Shown here: piece after piece, positions 39,801 through 51,327 of the stretch
Layout: every line of letters begins with the position of its first letter
Position numbering within the stretch: position 1 is the first letter of the stretch
Notes under the pieces: model-generated
Database searches by the model: none
What the model was told of the DNA's origin: nothing
Seen by the model: only the letters and a program-made list of their open reading frames with translations
Position numbers and translations under genes: made by a program
Assembly: GCA_050084985.1 (NCBI GenBank)
Contig: JBITNC010000001.1
Span: 97,402,001 to 97,466,000 of the forward strand
DNA length: 64,000 bases
Origin: Nageia nagi
Lineage: Eukaryota; Plantae; Pinophyta
Direction: 5' to 3'

Positions 39801-41984
39801 TACTATTTTGTTCCAAATCAGCGATTTTCCCATTGATTTTCGCATCTCCTCTTAGCTCCTCTCAGCTTGTGTTGGAAAGAAAAAGTGAAAATGGACTGAC
39901 TTTTTACCTTTTTATCCTCCCAACCACCAACTGATGCAAAATCCCAATTTTTTCATTGTGAATTGTGATTTTTGGGCGCCTTTTTGGAGAATTAGAAATG
40001 TGAAAAATTGCCCTGTCAGCAAAATTTTCAAAATCAGAATTGGTTTGCAAAAAATTGTTGAGGAGGCTGATCCCCAATTCTGTCCGATTCTGCTGATTAA
40101 TTGACATTTTTTGCAACACTGATCTCATCCATTATAGCAGTTCTAAGCATTTTGATATGAAGTATTATTTCATTTGTGACATGGTGGAAAAGAAAAAAGT
40201 TGAATTGAGTTATTGTAGCACATTCATGGAAAACTAGTTGATGTTTTTACAAAAGGTGTGGCTAAGAAACAATTTCTGAAGTTAAGAAACAGTCTTGTAA
40301 CCCCCCTTAACATCAAGGGGGAGAATGTTGGAATATGATGCTAACCAGGACTGTCCTACCTATCTTCTAAAGCAACCATATGGCATTTACATCAGTATTT
40401 TGGAACATGTAATAGTACTTGTATAGTAAGCTGCAGTAGGAAGATTCTTATAAATGTCATAAAAGAATATGTTAATTTGTAACTGTTCTTTTGCATGTAA
40501 CAGTAGGATCATCAGTAGATTAGAGTGTAGAAGACTTCCTAGTACTCACTCCATGCATTGTACACGAGTTTGGGTATGAAAAGAATAGATAAAATCGTTT
40601 TTTTCAAGCTGTTGTGTTTTTTTTGCATGCAGTCCAGTATTTTCTAATAGAAAATCGTATTTTCTACTAGAAAATCTATCAACTTCAGAAGGCTGTATCT
40701 TTAATTTTACAGCTTCATTATTCATGTTCTATTGAAAAGCTCTTTTCAAACTCGTTCCAATGATATATCATTTGCCTTTTTCTGAGCTTTTTTCATCCTT
40801 CATTTTGCCTTTGCAAGAACTCCGATACCTTCTTTAACTTCAGCACCCCTTTGTTTGTAACTCCAACGCTCTGTGTGATAACTCTTGCGCGTTGTTGCGA
40901 CTTTGGTGCTCTCTGTTGTAACTCCAATGCCCTCTGTTTGTAACTCCAATGCTTTCTGTTTGAGCTGTTTCCGTCAGTTTTTTGTGTCATTTACTTCACA
41001 CTTTGAGAATCAAAATTAAGTACATATCTTAACTGTTATACACATTGGTCGAGGTCAACAAGATGCATCTTATCTAGAAGAATATACTTGTAGAGTTTTT
41101 TACTCGGAATCTTTGAGAATTCTCCTTGAATTATTCAACAAAGTGATTAGTTTTGACTCTTGACAATATATCTCCATCCTGTAGCAAGTATACTGCATCT
41201 GGATTTCAGAGATCAACAGTCTTTTTGTTCATTACAAACTGGCACTGACAAGATCAATAACTACTGAGGCCACTGATGAATAAGCCACGTTTCTATGACC
41301 ATGTCGTGATTGATTTTGTAAAATCTTCAATGGCAAATTATACTTAAAAGATTCTAGTTCTATCTTTGATTCTCAGATAACTTCCATTTTGCCACTCAAC
41401 TCAGACTTGACTTTTGCAATCTGCATGTTCTCTTAGTGTTACTGTAGTATGTAGATAGGGAAGAAAGAAATCCTAACATTTTGAGAAGCATTACTGGGAA
41501 TAGAATATGAAAACTTAATCAATTGTGATCTGTCACAATGCTTTGTTAGCACAGCATGTTGGCCCTTTTGTGAGGTTGTATACCTCCTATTATATATATA
41601 ATGCTTAGTAACAGTATTCCTTAGATGCACATACAACACTTCTTGGTGCACGCATGCATATTATATTTTTGAACTTTATATTATGCAGCCGTAACCTTAC
41701 ATTTGGGCTCTGCACACCTTGTTTCATGTTTGTACCTTGTGTGCCCCCTCACCATGCATTCATAGTACCTTGCACAAGAATAATTTAACTAGCAGAAGGT
41801 TTTTTAATATTTTTTATTTTAGACTAATATTATGTAGTTTGAGCTCATTTTTGATATTCTGAGAAGCTATTACTCTCTTGCAGGGGCAATGAAAGGTATT
41901 GCTTTTATCAAAGATCCTGATGGCTATTGGATTGAAATATTTGATTTGAATAGAATTGGTCAAGTGACGTCTAGTGCAGCTTGA
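15764..41984 (+). CDS. GLX1: Lactoylglutathione lyase / Zn-type glyoxalase I, 185 aa: join(15764..15856,16319..16380,17251..17311,17462..17541,17720..17790,17995..18084,41884..41984)
   Basis: The 558-nt spliced frame is open and all six introns are GT-AG with compatible phases. Signatures MQQTMFRIKDP, TIELTHNWGTESD, GYHNGN.EPRGFGHIG and [13 protein letters not shown] are present. All four metal ligands (Q, E, H, E) are retained. Confidence 0.97.
16319..16380 (+). CDS. GLX1: Glyoxalase I coding exon 2 ([20 protein letters not shown])
   Basis: TTTCAG acceptor, GTAATT donor. Confidence 0.95.
17251..17311 (+). CDS. GLX1: Glyoxalase I coding exon 3 ([20 protein letters not shown])
   Basis: GTCAG acceptor, GTAAAA donor. 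Confidence 0.95.
17462..17541 (+). CDS. GLX1: Glyoxalase I coding exon 4 ([26 protein letters not shown])
   Basis: CAACAG acceptor, GTAAAT donor. Confidence 0.95.
17720..17790 (+). CDS. GLX1: Glyoxalase I coding exon 5 ([23 protein letters not shown])
   Basis: ATACAG acceptor, GTACAG donor. Confidence 0.95.
17995..18084 (+). CDS. GLX1: Glyoxalase I coding exon 6 ([29 protein letters not shown])
   Basis: GTGCAG acceptor, GTACTT donor. Confidence 0.95.
18201..19395 (-). repeat. 3' LTR of element A
   Basis: Colinear with 37807-39118 and adjacent to the PPT. Confidence 0.92.
20353..20845 (+). repeat. 5' LTR of element B
   Basis: TGTTGG...CTTTCA followed by the PBS. Confidence 0.93.
28422..28910 (+). 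repeat. 3' LTR of element B
   Basis: Preceded by the PPT and followed by the TSD GTTAT. Confidence 0.93.
29968..30315 (+). repeat. 5' LTR of element C
   Basis: Colinear with 34566-34914. Confidence 0.92.
34566..34914 (+). repeat. 3' LTR of element C
   Basis: Follows the PPT and ends CTCATTT immediately before the TSD. Confidence 0.92.
37807..39118 (-). repeat. 5' LTR of element A, containing three 55-bp tandem units at 38581-38745
   Basis: Colinear with 18201-19395 and adjacent to the PBS. Confidence 0.92.
40128..41140 (+). mobile_element. Truncated Copia 3' end (RNase H tail, PPT, putative ~815-bp LTR)
   Basis: [17 protein letters not shown]...DVFTKG resembles the end of C. PPT AAGGGGGAGAA, then TGTTGGAATA at 40326 through TTATTCAACA at 41140 (terminal inverted match). 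Confidence 0.7.
41884..41984 (+). CDS. GLX1: Glyoxalase I coding exon 7 ([32 protein letters not shown])
   Basis: TTGCAG acceptor and TGA at 41982-41984. AATAAA-type signal near 42080. Confidence 0.95.
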
Positions 41985-42526
41985 ACTTCAAATTGTAGAT
42001 CAGAACGTATTAAAGCACTCATTACCAGCCAAATTGTAGGTAGTGTGATTTTTCCTGATGAGTCAAAACTACTGCCCAAAATAAATAAATATCATGTTTT
42101 CACTTGATATTTGGAGGTAATATAGTTTATTCATTTGCATCAAGTGGAGAATGTGTAATATCCCAGTCACAATACAGTGATGCATAAGTGTTGGTTTATC
42201 CAATTATGGACTAATATTATGGTTTGATTTTTTATGTTAAGAGATGACAGACTCGAGGTAAAATATTTTATTGCTAACTTACAAGAAATGATTATAAGAA
42301 ACAAACAAGAATTAGGAAGACTTAAGTTACTTTTAGCAAAGTGTTGGCTTTCAACCAACTCTTGTTATGACTACATTGAATGTGACTCTTCTGAGAATTT
42401 TCAGAAAAACTAGGGCAATATTAAAGTTTATGGTATTTTCAAGGGGTCAACAAATAAAAATGTTTATTTGAATATTTTAATTGATTCAAATTGTTCTATT
42501 TATTAGAAAGTATAATCTTGATTAAT

Positions 42527-42767
42527 TGAAATATTTATCAATATGACATTCCTCTTTTTTTATGCACTCAAATAACATTTTATTTCATTTTTGATCCTTC
42601 AAAATCTATATATAACAAGAAACTTATCTATTGACATTTGACCACTATATCAATGTTAGATTTGAATATTCATCAATATGACATTCCTTTTTTTTATGCA
42701 CTTAAATAACATGTTCTTTCATTTTTGATCCTTTAAAATCTATATATAACAAGAAAGTAATCTATTG
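42527..42767. repeat. Imperfect tandem duplication, period 135 bp
   Basis: ATCAATATGACATTCC...CTATATATAACAAGAAA..ATCTATTG starts at 42537 and again at 42672. Confidence 0.85.
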
Positions 42768-44260
42768 GTATATATATTTTTTATATGTAATCTGATTTAA
42801 TGGGATTTTATTATATTCTCAGAACATGTTCAGAAAAAGTCTTATTTAACTTTCTAATTGCAAGAATATGATAATTTAAGGATTATGTATTTATCATACA
42901 TTTTGTTCACCCTTGAATCTTGCCCAACAAAACTGAGATTCAAAGCTATGTTCTATGCTATTGTTGGAGTTTATCCTGTGTTTAAATGATGGGATGCTAG
43001 GTTTGTTATTGCTATGTGCTACCTGAAGACGAAACCCTGTAAGAAAATAGTTGTTGGTGGGGAATTATTCCCCAAATCCTTAGGACCTTGGAGATGGGCA
43101 GATAAGGTAAAATTCTAGCTTGAAAGCCATGTAAGGTCCCTCGATCCACAATCAAATGGACAATAGAAAGCATTTTCATGCTTAAATGCAAGACGATATG
43201 ATTTTTGTTATGCTAAATGGCATGCATGCTACTGTTACTTTGCTAAATGGTAATGCATGTTACTAATTTATGTTAGTATGTTGGTGTATGTTATAGATCT
43301 ATGCTAGTATGTTGGTGTATGTTGAAGATCTATGTTGTATGATTACTAAACACTTACATGGAGAGTAAAAATTGATAAAATCTTAAATGATCTAAACCTT
43401 AGCATGGGTTTAGCCTACCATGAAATACATGCACACCATAATGCTGAAAAACAAAATCTATGCTATCAAAAGGATATGTACACTCCTAGCTACCAATGTT
43501 TTTGAAAGCACGCAAAAACTTGCAACAAACAATATTTACACCCGTATTCATAATATGACAAGATTATAACTCACAAGCCTCTCCTATGCTCATGGTTTCT
43601 ACCAAAACCTTGACAGATACTATCTTTGTGTTTTAGAAAGTTAAGTCTTTTGCTTAGATAATTCATGGTTACAATAGGAAGGTTCATGATAAAGTTGGAG
43701 GAAATTGGTGGTTGAGGAAGAAATTCAAAATGAAATGTTTTTTTGCTTTTTATATTTGTTGTAACCTTATCCGTCTAACCAGTTAGGGTTGACAACCCTA
43801 ATCAATCATTCAACTAACTAATTGATGGATTGGTTGCTATGCTAACTTGTTTGATTGTTGTTTTGATTGATTTTGACCAAGCTTTACTAGGTGTTTGATG
43901 ATGTTCAAATTTTGTTATTTGCTAGATTTTGGTTAATGCTCATACTATTGTTCAAGATGACATGTATGCTCAAGATGACCCTTTTTGAGTTGAGTCTTGC
44001 AAGCGTGTAAGGCTTAACACAAAAACAAGTGACTTTGATCAATGTTATGATGGTGATGATGATCAATGATGTGTGATAAATGTTCAATGTTTTGTTGGGA
44101 GACAATGCTAAATGCTAAATGTTGTCAAAGCAGTGGTTAATACTAAATGATCATGTTTATGGCAACATGTTATTATGTTTGGCTTATGATATGTTATGCT
44201 AAATGATGTGATCATGCTAACTTTGCACTAAGTAATGGTAGACAAAGTGACAATGCTATT

Positions 44261-44450
44261 CTTGCCCCATGTTGAATGGATCACAAGAGAGATATTGCTA
44301 GTGATTATCTTGCTCCATGTTGAATGGATCGTAAAAGAGAATAATGCTCAAAATGATAATCTTTGCCCCATGTTAAATGGGTCACAAAGATGACAATACT
44401 AATGACCACCTTCCCCATGTTAAATAGATCGCAAGGAGGATAATGCTCAT
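44261..44450. repeat. Four ~50-bp tandem units in element D
   Basis: CTTGCCCCATGTTGAATGGATC-like core at 44261, 44309, 44362 and 44410. Confidence 0.8.
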
Positions 44451-47400
44451 GTTATGATCGCAACAAGATAATGGGAATTTTGCTCTATGTAATGTTAAGC
44501 AAAGGATTATGCTGAAGGATAGTGCTAAAGCCAATGTGCATGATGTGTTGACAATATGCTAGGATGTGGAGGTATTGACCTTAACTTGAGAGGGGTGGTA
44601 CCTTCACTCTCAAACTATGGTGGATGGGTGAATAGAGGTGATGTCAACAAGACATGTATTGATCATTGAGAAGTGCTCATTGATCATGATGAAGATACAT
44701 TATCAAAGATCAAATCTCATGATAAAGATAAGACATGATTATTGTTCATTGATGAGTGATAAAAATGAAAACATGAGCAAAGAGATTTATCCATCTCAAA
44801 GTCATTATCACTTGTTCCACAAGATTATGTTTCCCTCAAAAACCATGATAGTCAACAACCTATGACCAACACCAAGAAATTAATTGTAAGGCAACCCAAT
44901 AATATGATTGTGACATAAGTAGTTGCATCCTCATTAGGAATAAGATCTATGAGTAGTGATAATGATAATGATTCAAATAAACCTCAAAGATCGTGTCTAT
45001 GATGATATGATAATGCTGATAAGATGCAAAGCATGCTTGATGTAAGCACAAGGATAATGGTGATACACGAAGACAAATAAGAGATGTCATATACAATGAC
45101 ACGATGTTATATATAATCATGAAAAAACAAACATGATGACAAATAATGAACAATGATGAATAAAGATAAAGAAGGTTCGTGATGGTGCTAGGAGATGAGT
45201 GACTTGTCCTAGCTCTCAATCTCCACTACTAGATGATGGCAAAAGAAGTAGGCGTCAATATAGACTCTAGGATGCTAAGTTTAAACCAAAACTTGATGAA
45301 AAATCCCAAGCGATAATTGTTTGATATTAAGATGACAATATATGATTGATGCTTAAGGATATTGCCTAACTTATTGGCTCATCCAACAAAGTCATAAGAT
45401 GATGGTGGCTTCACATTCTGATAAGCATGTCCACTAGATGTAAAAGCATTTATTTGATTCACATCATGGTTAGGCAAAGGGTTGTTGATTACTCCCAATC
45501 GTTGATTAGGTGGTGCAATTAGACTTGCTATTAATATTTGCTCATTGTTTATAAAATCTTGGATCATATTTTTCAATCGCATGCACCCATTTGTGTTATG
45601 TCCCTTTTGCCTATGATATTCACAAAAAAATTTCTTTGTACTAAGTTCGAGTGGATGCATAAGTATTTTCTTTGTTAGTATATTCGATAGAGGTTCTGCC
45701 AACAGAGTGAAAGTTCATTTTTTCTTTTCTGGTGAAGATGCTTTCTCATTTAGTTTTCCTTGTTCTCTTGCTATTGGTTGTTAGACAACTCTTTGTTGTT
45801 GTATTATTATGATTGGTTACACTTGATTAACATCATACAATATTTGATCGGTGTGCAATTTTTGATATGCTTGGTTGTTGTTATTACCACTATTGTTATA
45901 TTTTTGATCATTGTTGTTGTTTTTATTATGTAATTGGATGTCATTGGATTGGATCTTAACCTCTTGAATAAGTTTTGCTTGTGCTATTGTTTCATTGAAG
46001 GACTTAGTTGTTGTATTTGCAAGATGGAAGATATGTGCTTGTTACAACTTTTGCTAAACATTTGATAAGCTCTTCTTGGGGCAAGGAATATGGCAAATCA
46101 GTAATGATAGCCTTCCATCTTGACACATAGTCATTGATTAATTCATCCTAAATTGTGATAATGTGTTCAAGTCTATGATGGATGCTCTCTTTCTTCTGTT
46201 GATGGAAAATTGGTCAAAGAATAGATTAACCAATTGTTTGAAAAAATAAATGTTATGTTGGGGAAATTGTTATACCAATCCACAGCTTGGCCAACTAGTG
46301 TCATTGGAAATGTTCTAAGCATGAGAACATCATCATTTGATATGATGTAGCAAGAGTATTTGAATTGTTTCAAGTGTTCCCTTGGATCTTCTTTTCTTCT
46401 AAATTTTTCCATGTGAGGGACCTCAAGTTTGTAGGGGAATTGCTTGAATGGAGCCATAGAGTTGATTGGTTAATTGGCAATTGAATGATAAGATGGTTTG
46501 CTCTTGCTTTAGCTATTAATTCTAAATTCCATGTCTTGCAATCTCTTTAAAATGTAATCATGCATTGTTGAAGGTTTTTGATTTGCTATTCTTTGTTGAT
46601 ATTGCCCAAAATTGATTTGTCCTGGACAGTTGTGTTGATAGCCTTGTTGTATGTTTTGCCCCAATGGTTGACTCAATGCTTGATAGGTAGAAAATCAACT
46701 TTACAATATATAAAGTTGATTTTGTTGATGAGCCATTTGATTGATAAACCCTTGACTTTGATTTTGGTATGGTGATTGATTCAAGATTTGTCAAGAAGAT
46801 TGATTTTGCCCAAAATGATAATATGGGGCTTGTTGAAAAGATTGAGATTGATGAAATGTTGAGGCTTGATTCCCATTAAGGATTGACTTGTTGAAAGTTG
46901 CTTTGTTTTTTATTCTAATTTTGTTGATTTGATTGATTGGAAATATTTGTTTGCCCAACATGAGCAACTTGTTGAGGTTGAATTTGATTCTGATTCAGGA
47001 CCCTCAAAGGCTTGAGATTGAGATGCACCTCAACACCTTGTGATTTGATTTGATTGGGTGTGATTAAGGGATTAGGTTGCACAATAAGAGGATTTGGTGC
47101 ACTAGGTCTTTCTTGTTGATTTTGTTGAAATGATGAAGATTCTTGATTATTTGTTATGCTTATGATATATGCTAATCAAGAAAATTTGTCGATTACATTG
47201 ATATAACTAGGGGATGACTAGATACCATTTGTTGCATTAGTTGAGATAGAGTTTGGATTGTTGCAACAATTGGAGAAGATGGCACAAACAAAAGTTGGGG
47301 CTCATGGTATGATGAATCAAAATTTTGGTCTAGCTTGGTGGCCATTTGTTGCTCTTGATATGAAGAAATTGGATCTAATGTAGCCATTGTTAGTTGAGAA

Positions 47401-48423
47401 GGATATGGATCCTTTAGATCAATTAAAGTAGTCTCCTCATATCCTTAGGGAGGTAAATCAAAATATTGAGATTGAAGCTCTATGGATGATGGTCCACCAA
47501 TTTGATATTGATTTGTCTTAAATTGCTCAAAAAGCATTTGGACATAAGGTCACTCATGAAGAGCTCTTGTTGTGATGTGAGATCATGTGGTGATTCAATG
47601 GCTTTTTGTGATGAGTGAGGTGTAGAAGGAAGGTTTTGTTGGGATTGACACATTTGTTATCCTTCTTCCCTAGCTTGTACTCTAGTTTCAACTAAATTCA
47701 CATAAGGATCATCCATTGTTTAAGATGTGAAAGTAGCAAAGATCAAACAAATGCTTGTAAAACAAATTGCCCCAATTGTGCCAAGCAAATAAAGAAAACA
47801 AACACCAAGATGAAAATCTTGTTATGATCTTTATGTAGTGAATGTAAAATTAAGAGAAACAACCTATATGATCCTTTTAAAGATAGAAGTCCTACATGTA
47901 AGATAGCAATAATGTGAATATAACAATGGTGATTACTTTTCTAATTGTTTCTTATTCAATTCAACACTTATCTTCTTTAATGAAGATTGATTTTATGATA
48001 AATTTGCCTCTTGTTAGTTTTCCTATAAATGATTATAGACAAGTGTTTTTGGGAAAGGCTCAATCTCTAGGGTGTGAAACTATTTAAAGAGAGGGTATCC
48101 CACCTTGGTAATGAAATCTAAGTATGGTTGAGATTGTGGTGATCAATTCCATGTATTTTGACAAGAGCCTAAGCTTTTGTGATTAAGATGCAATACTGAA
48201 AATAAAATGTTGATGTATTTATATGAAGATGCTAAACTACACCCTTCACGATGATGTAAAACACTCTCAACCTAAGGATGATATATTTTTATCTTTTTTT
48301 CACTAATTCATAGATAATAAAAATTCTATCCTAAATGCAAATAACAAATAAACTATACAATAAAAATAAAGTATATAAATATATTATCTACCCATAAGCT
48401 AGTGATAGGTGAGACCTAATTTT

Positions 48424-48628
48424 TTCTTGATTTTTAAGTTCTTATTTTCAATGCGATTAAATAATAATTATTAAAAAAATATTTTACACATTAAATTAAA
48501 ATAATATAATGATATAATACAGTAACTATGATGGATGATATTTTAATGTGTAAAATAAGATTTTTTTAATAATTATTATTTAAAAACTTGCATAATCGCA
48601 TTGAGAATAAGAACTTAAAAATTAACAA
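48424..48628. repeat. AT-rich foldback / MITE-like inverted repeat
   Basis: Left arm ATTTTTAAGTTCTTATTTTCAATGCGATTA-AATAATAATTATTAAAAAAAT-ATTTTACACATTAAA pairs with 48541-48622, with a ~10-bp bulge. Confidence 0.8.
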
Positions 48629-50825
48629 ATCATGTGACAGGGATTGAAATTTTTTACAATGAAATCAGGAAGAGGATTGATGTCACCTACTACAGACTCT
48701 GTTCAACTACGAGAAGAACAAAAGCTTGATCTAAAATGCTAAATTTGACATAAAACACTTGAAACTAGAAAACAAAATTGGTAAACTTGTTAAAAACTAA
48801 TTAAATTATTGATTGGTTTGATCAGGGTTAGATACAAAGACAACCAGTCTGATACAAGTTGGCTACAAATTTGAATGGTTTGATGCAAATTGGTTGGATA
48901 TGGACATTGACATAAGTGTTGAAATTCTTGGATCAAGATCTGAATCAAGTAATCTCCATTCCTTGAAAATCAAAACAAAAATTAGTACTTGAAACTGACA
49001 AAAATAATAAGGAGAAGGGCCAAAAATAGAAAACACCAAAACAAGGATAGGATTTAGATAACTCCACCAAAATTTGATGCCTTAAGGACAAAGGGTTCCC
49101 ATCGTGTTTGCCATTTTGTGCACCCTTGAATCTTGTCCAACAAAATAAAGATTCAAAGCTATATTATATTCTATTTTTGAAGTTTATCTTATGTTTAAAT
49201 GATGGGATGCTAGGTATTCTATTACTATGTACTATCTAAAGACCAAACCCTACAAGAAAATAATTTTTAGTGAGGAACTTCAATCCCCAAGTCCTAAGGA
49301 CCTTGAAGATGGGCATACATGGTAAAATCCTAGCTAGAAGGCCATGTAAGCCCCTTGATTCATAATCAAATGGAAAATAGAAATCATTTCCATGCCTAAA
49401 TGTAAAATGATATAATTTTTTTATGCTAAATGATGTGCATGCTATTGATACTCTACTAAATGCTAATGCATGTTATTAATTTATGTTAATATGCTGGTGT
49501 ATGTTATAGATCTATGCTACTATATTGATGTATGTTGAAGATCCATGCTATATGATTGTTAAATGCTTACATGTAAAGTAAAAATTGATAAAAACCTAAA
49601 TGATCTAAACCCTAGGATAGGTTTAGCCTACCATGCAACTACATGCACACCATAATGCTAAAAAATGAAATCTATCCTATTAAAAGGATATGTATACTCC
49701 GCCATAGCTACTAATGCTTTTGAAAGCCTACAAAAAACTACAACAATTAATATCTATACTTACAATAATAATAAGATAAAATTATATCTCATAAGCCTCT
49801 CCTATGCTCATGGTTTATACCAAAACCTTAACAGATAGTGTTGAAACTCTAATAGATAGTGCTATTGTGCTTTAGATAGTTAGGTTTTTGCTAAGATAAT
49901 TTGTGGTTATGATAGGAAACTTCATGACAAAGGATCTGGATGAAACTGGAAGTTGAGGCAAAGATTCAAAATGAAACATTTTTCTTTTCATATTTGTTCT
50001 AACCCTAACCAACAGGTCTATTAACTAACCAACAGATCAATGTCTATGTTGACTTGTTTGACTATTTTGATCAATTTCGACCAGGCTTGACTATGTTTGA
50101 TTAGGTGTTTGCTAATGTTCAAATGTTGTTGTTTGCTAGATTTTGGTTAATGCTTATACTATTGTTCAAGTTGACATGTATGCTCAAGATGTGCATTTTT
50201 ATGGTGTCTACACTTTTAAACTTACAAATTATAAGAGAGAAAGTTTTGTTAACTTTGTAAATACAAGAATATGAGAATATATGGGTGAATTTAGAATTAT
50301 GTAATTATCATTCTTATAAACTTACAAACTATATATAAAAATAAGCAATTTAATAAGCATGATTTAGTTTTATTAAGACATATTTTTTACATTAAAGTTA
50401 TCACATTATTACAAGTGAGATCATAAAAGGATGAGGTTATATGTAAATTTTAAGTGAGATATTCAATTTTTAATATTTGGGTCATAAGAATTAATAAGAA
50501 CAACTTAATTTGAAATATAGTTAAAATGGTATTAAAAAAATAAAAATAAAGTGACTATATATGTGAGTATAGCCCTGAGAAGCTATAAAAAAATTATTTT
50601 TTGACATCTAAATTACCTACTTCACTAATTTAGGCATTATTTATGTTATATTTATATATCGTATTATTAACAATGTTTAAATTTGGGTAAGCATATTTTT
50701 TTTTATCAATTGTTAGGAATTTTTAGGACCCATGCTTGACATTCTTGGTGGATTTACCTTATGATTTTTTTTTTGTAATATTAACTCTTGCACATGTTCT
50801 AGGGTTGAAAATCCAAATTTAGTAT

Positions 50826-51327
50826 TCTTGGAATGTATAATGCATTATTGTAAAGGTTATGTAATAATATTCTATGTAAATTCACTAATATTTAAGGGTA
50901 TCATTTGATACCTTAAGTATTTAAGTGAATATGATAATGTTACTTGTCTTACACTCCATGTCATGAGTATGCCCATTGGATAAAAGGATGTGCATGTCAT
51001 GCTTTTGTACATTGGATAAAAGGGCGATACAAAGAGGGATTTTGGCCGATAAATAGAAGGCTTTCTCTTTGTGATCACACACCAATTTGTGGAGTAAAGT
51101 TGTGCTAGATGATAGTGTTTAGGAGTTGAGATTAGGAGGATTGTAAGAGAGTTGTATTTGTGATTGAAGTAAAGATCTATTTAGTAGATGTACTCCTAGT
51201 TGGAGGAACCACTTACATCTTGTGTTATCTTTGTAAGATTGCTTTGTGTGATAGTTAGATGTGAAATGAGAGCTTTCATATGATCTTGGTAGTTTAGGAT
51301 TGTTCATGTTATTGTTCAATTCTCTCA
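50826..51327 (+). mobile_element. Solo LTR of the element B Copia family
   Basis: Colinear with B LTRs over its full length. Perfect TSD AGTAT at 50821-50825 and 51328-51332. No PBS or PPT. Confidence 0.93.

Larger units (their letters stand above)
18085..41883 (+). other. Giant last intron of glyoxalase I (23,799 bp) with nested LTR retrotransposons
   Basis: GT at 18085 and TTGCAG ending at 41883. The phase-1 junction restores [18 protein letters not shown]. Confidence 0.93.
42904..50212 (-). mobile_element. Element D: non-autonomous gag-only Gypsy (Tat/Ogre-like) LTR element
   Basis: Direct repeats 42904-~43977 and 49117-~50190. Ends TG...GTCTACA with near-TSD CATTT/CTTTT. PBS-like TGGCAAACACGATGGGAAC at 49095-49113 (tRNA-Arg-like, inferred). 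gag motifs DPREHLKQF, FPMTLVGQAVDWY, knuckle CEYHRQKGHNTNGC and NPLPNH. No PR/RT/INT seen. The inner edge of the left LTR is unresolved. Confidence 0.8.
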
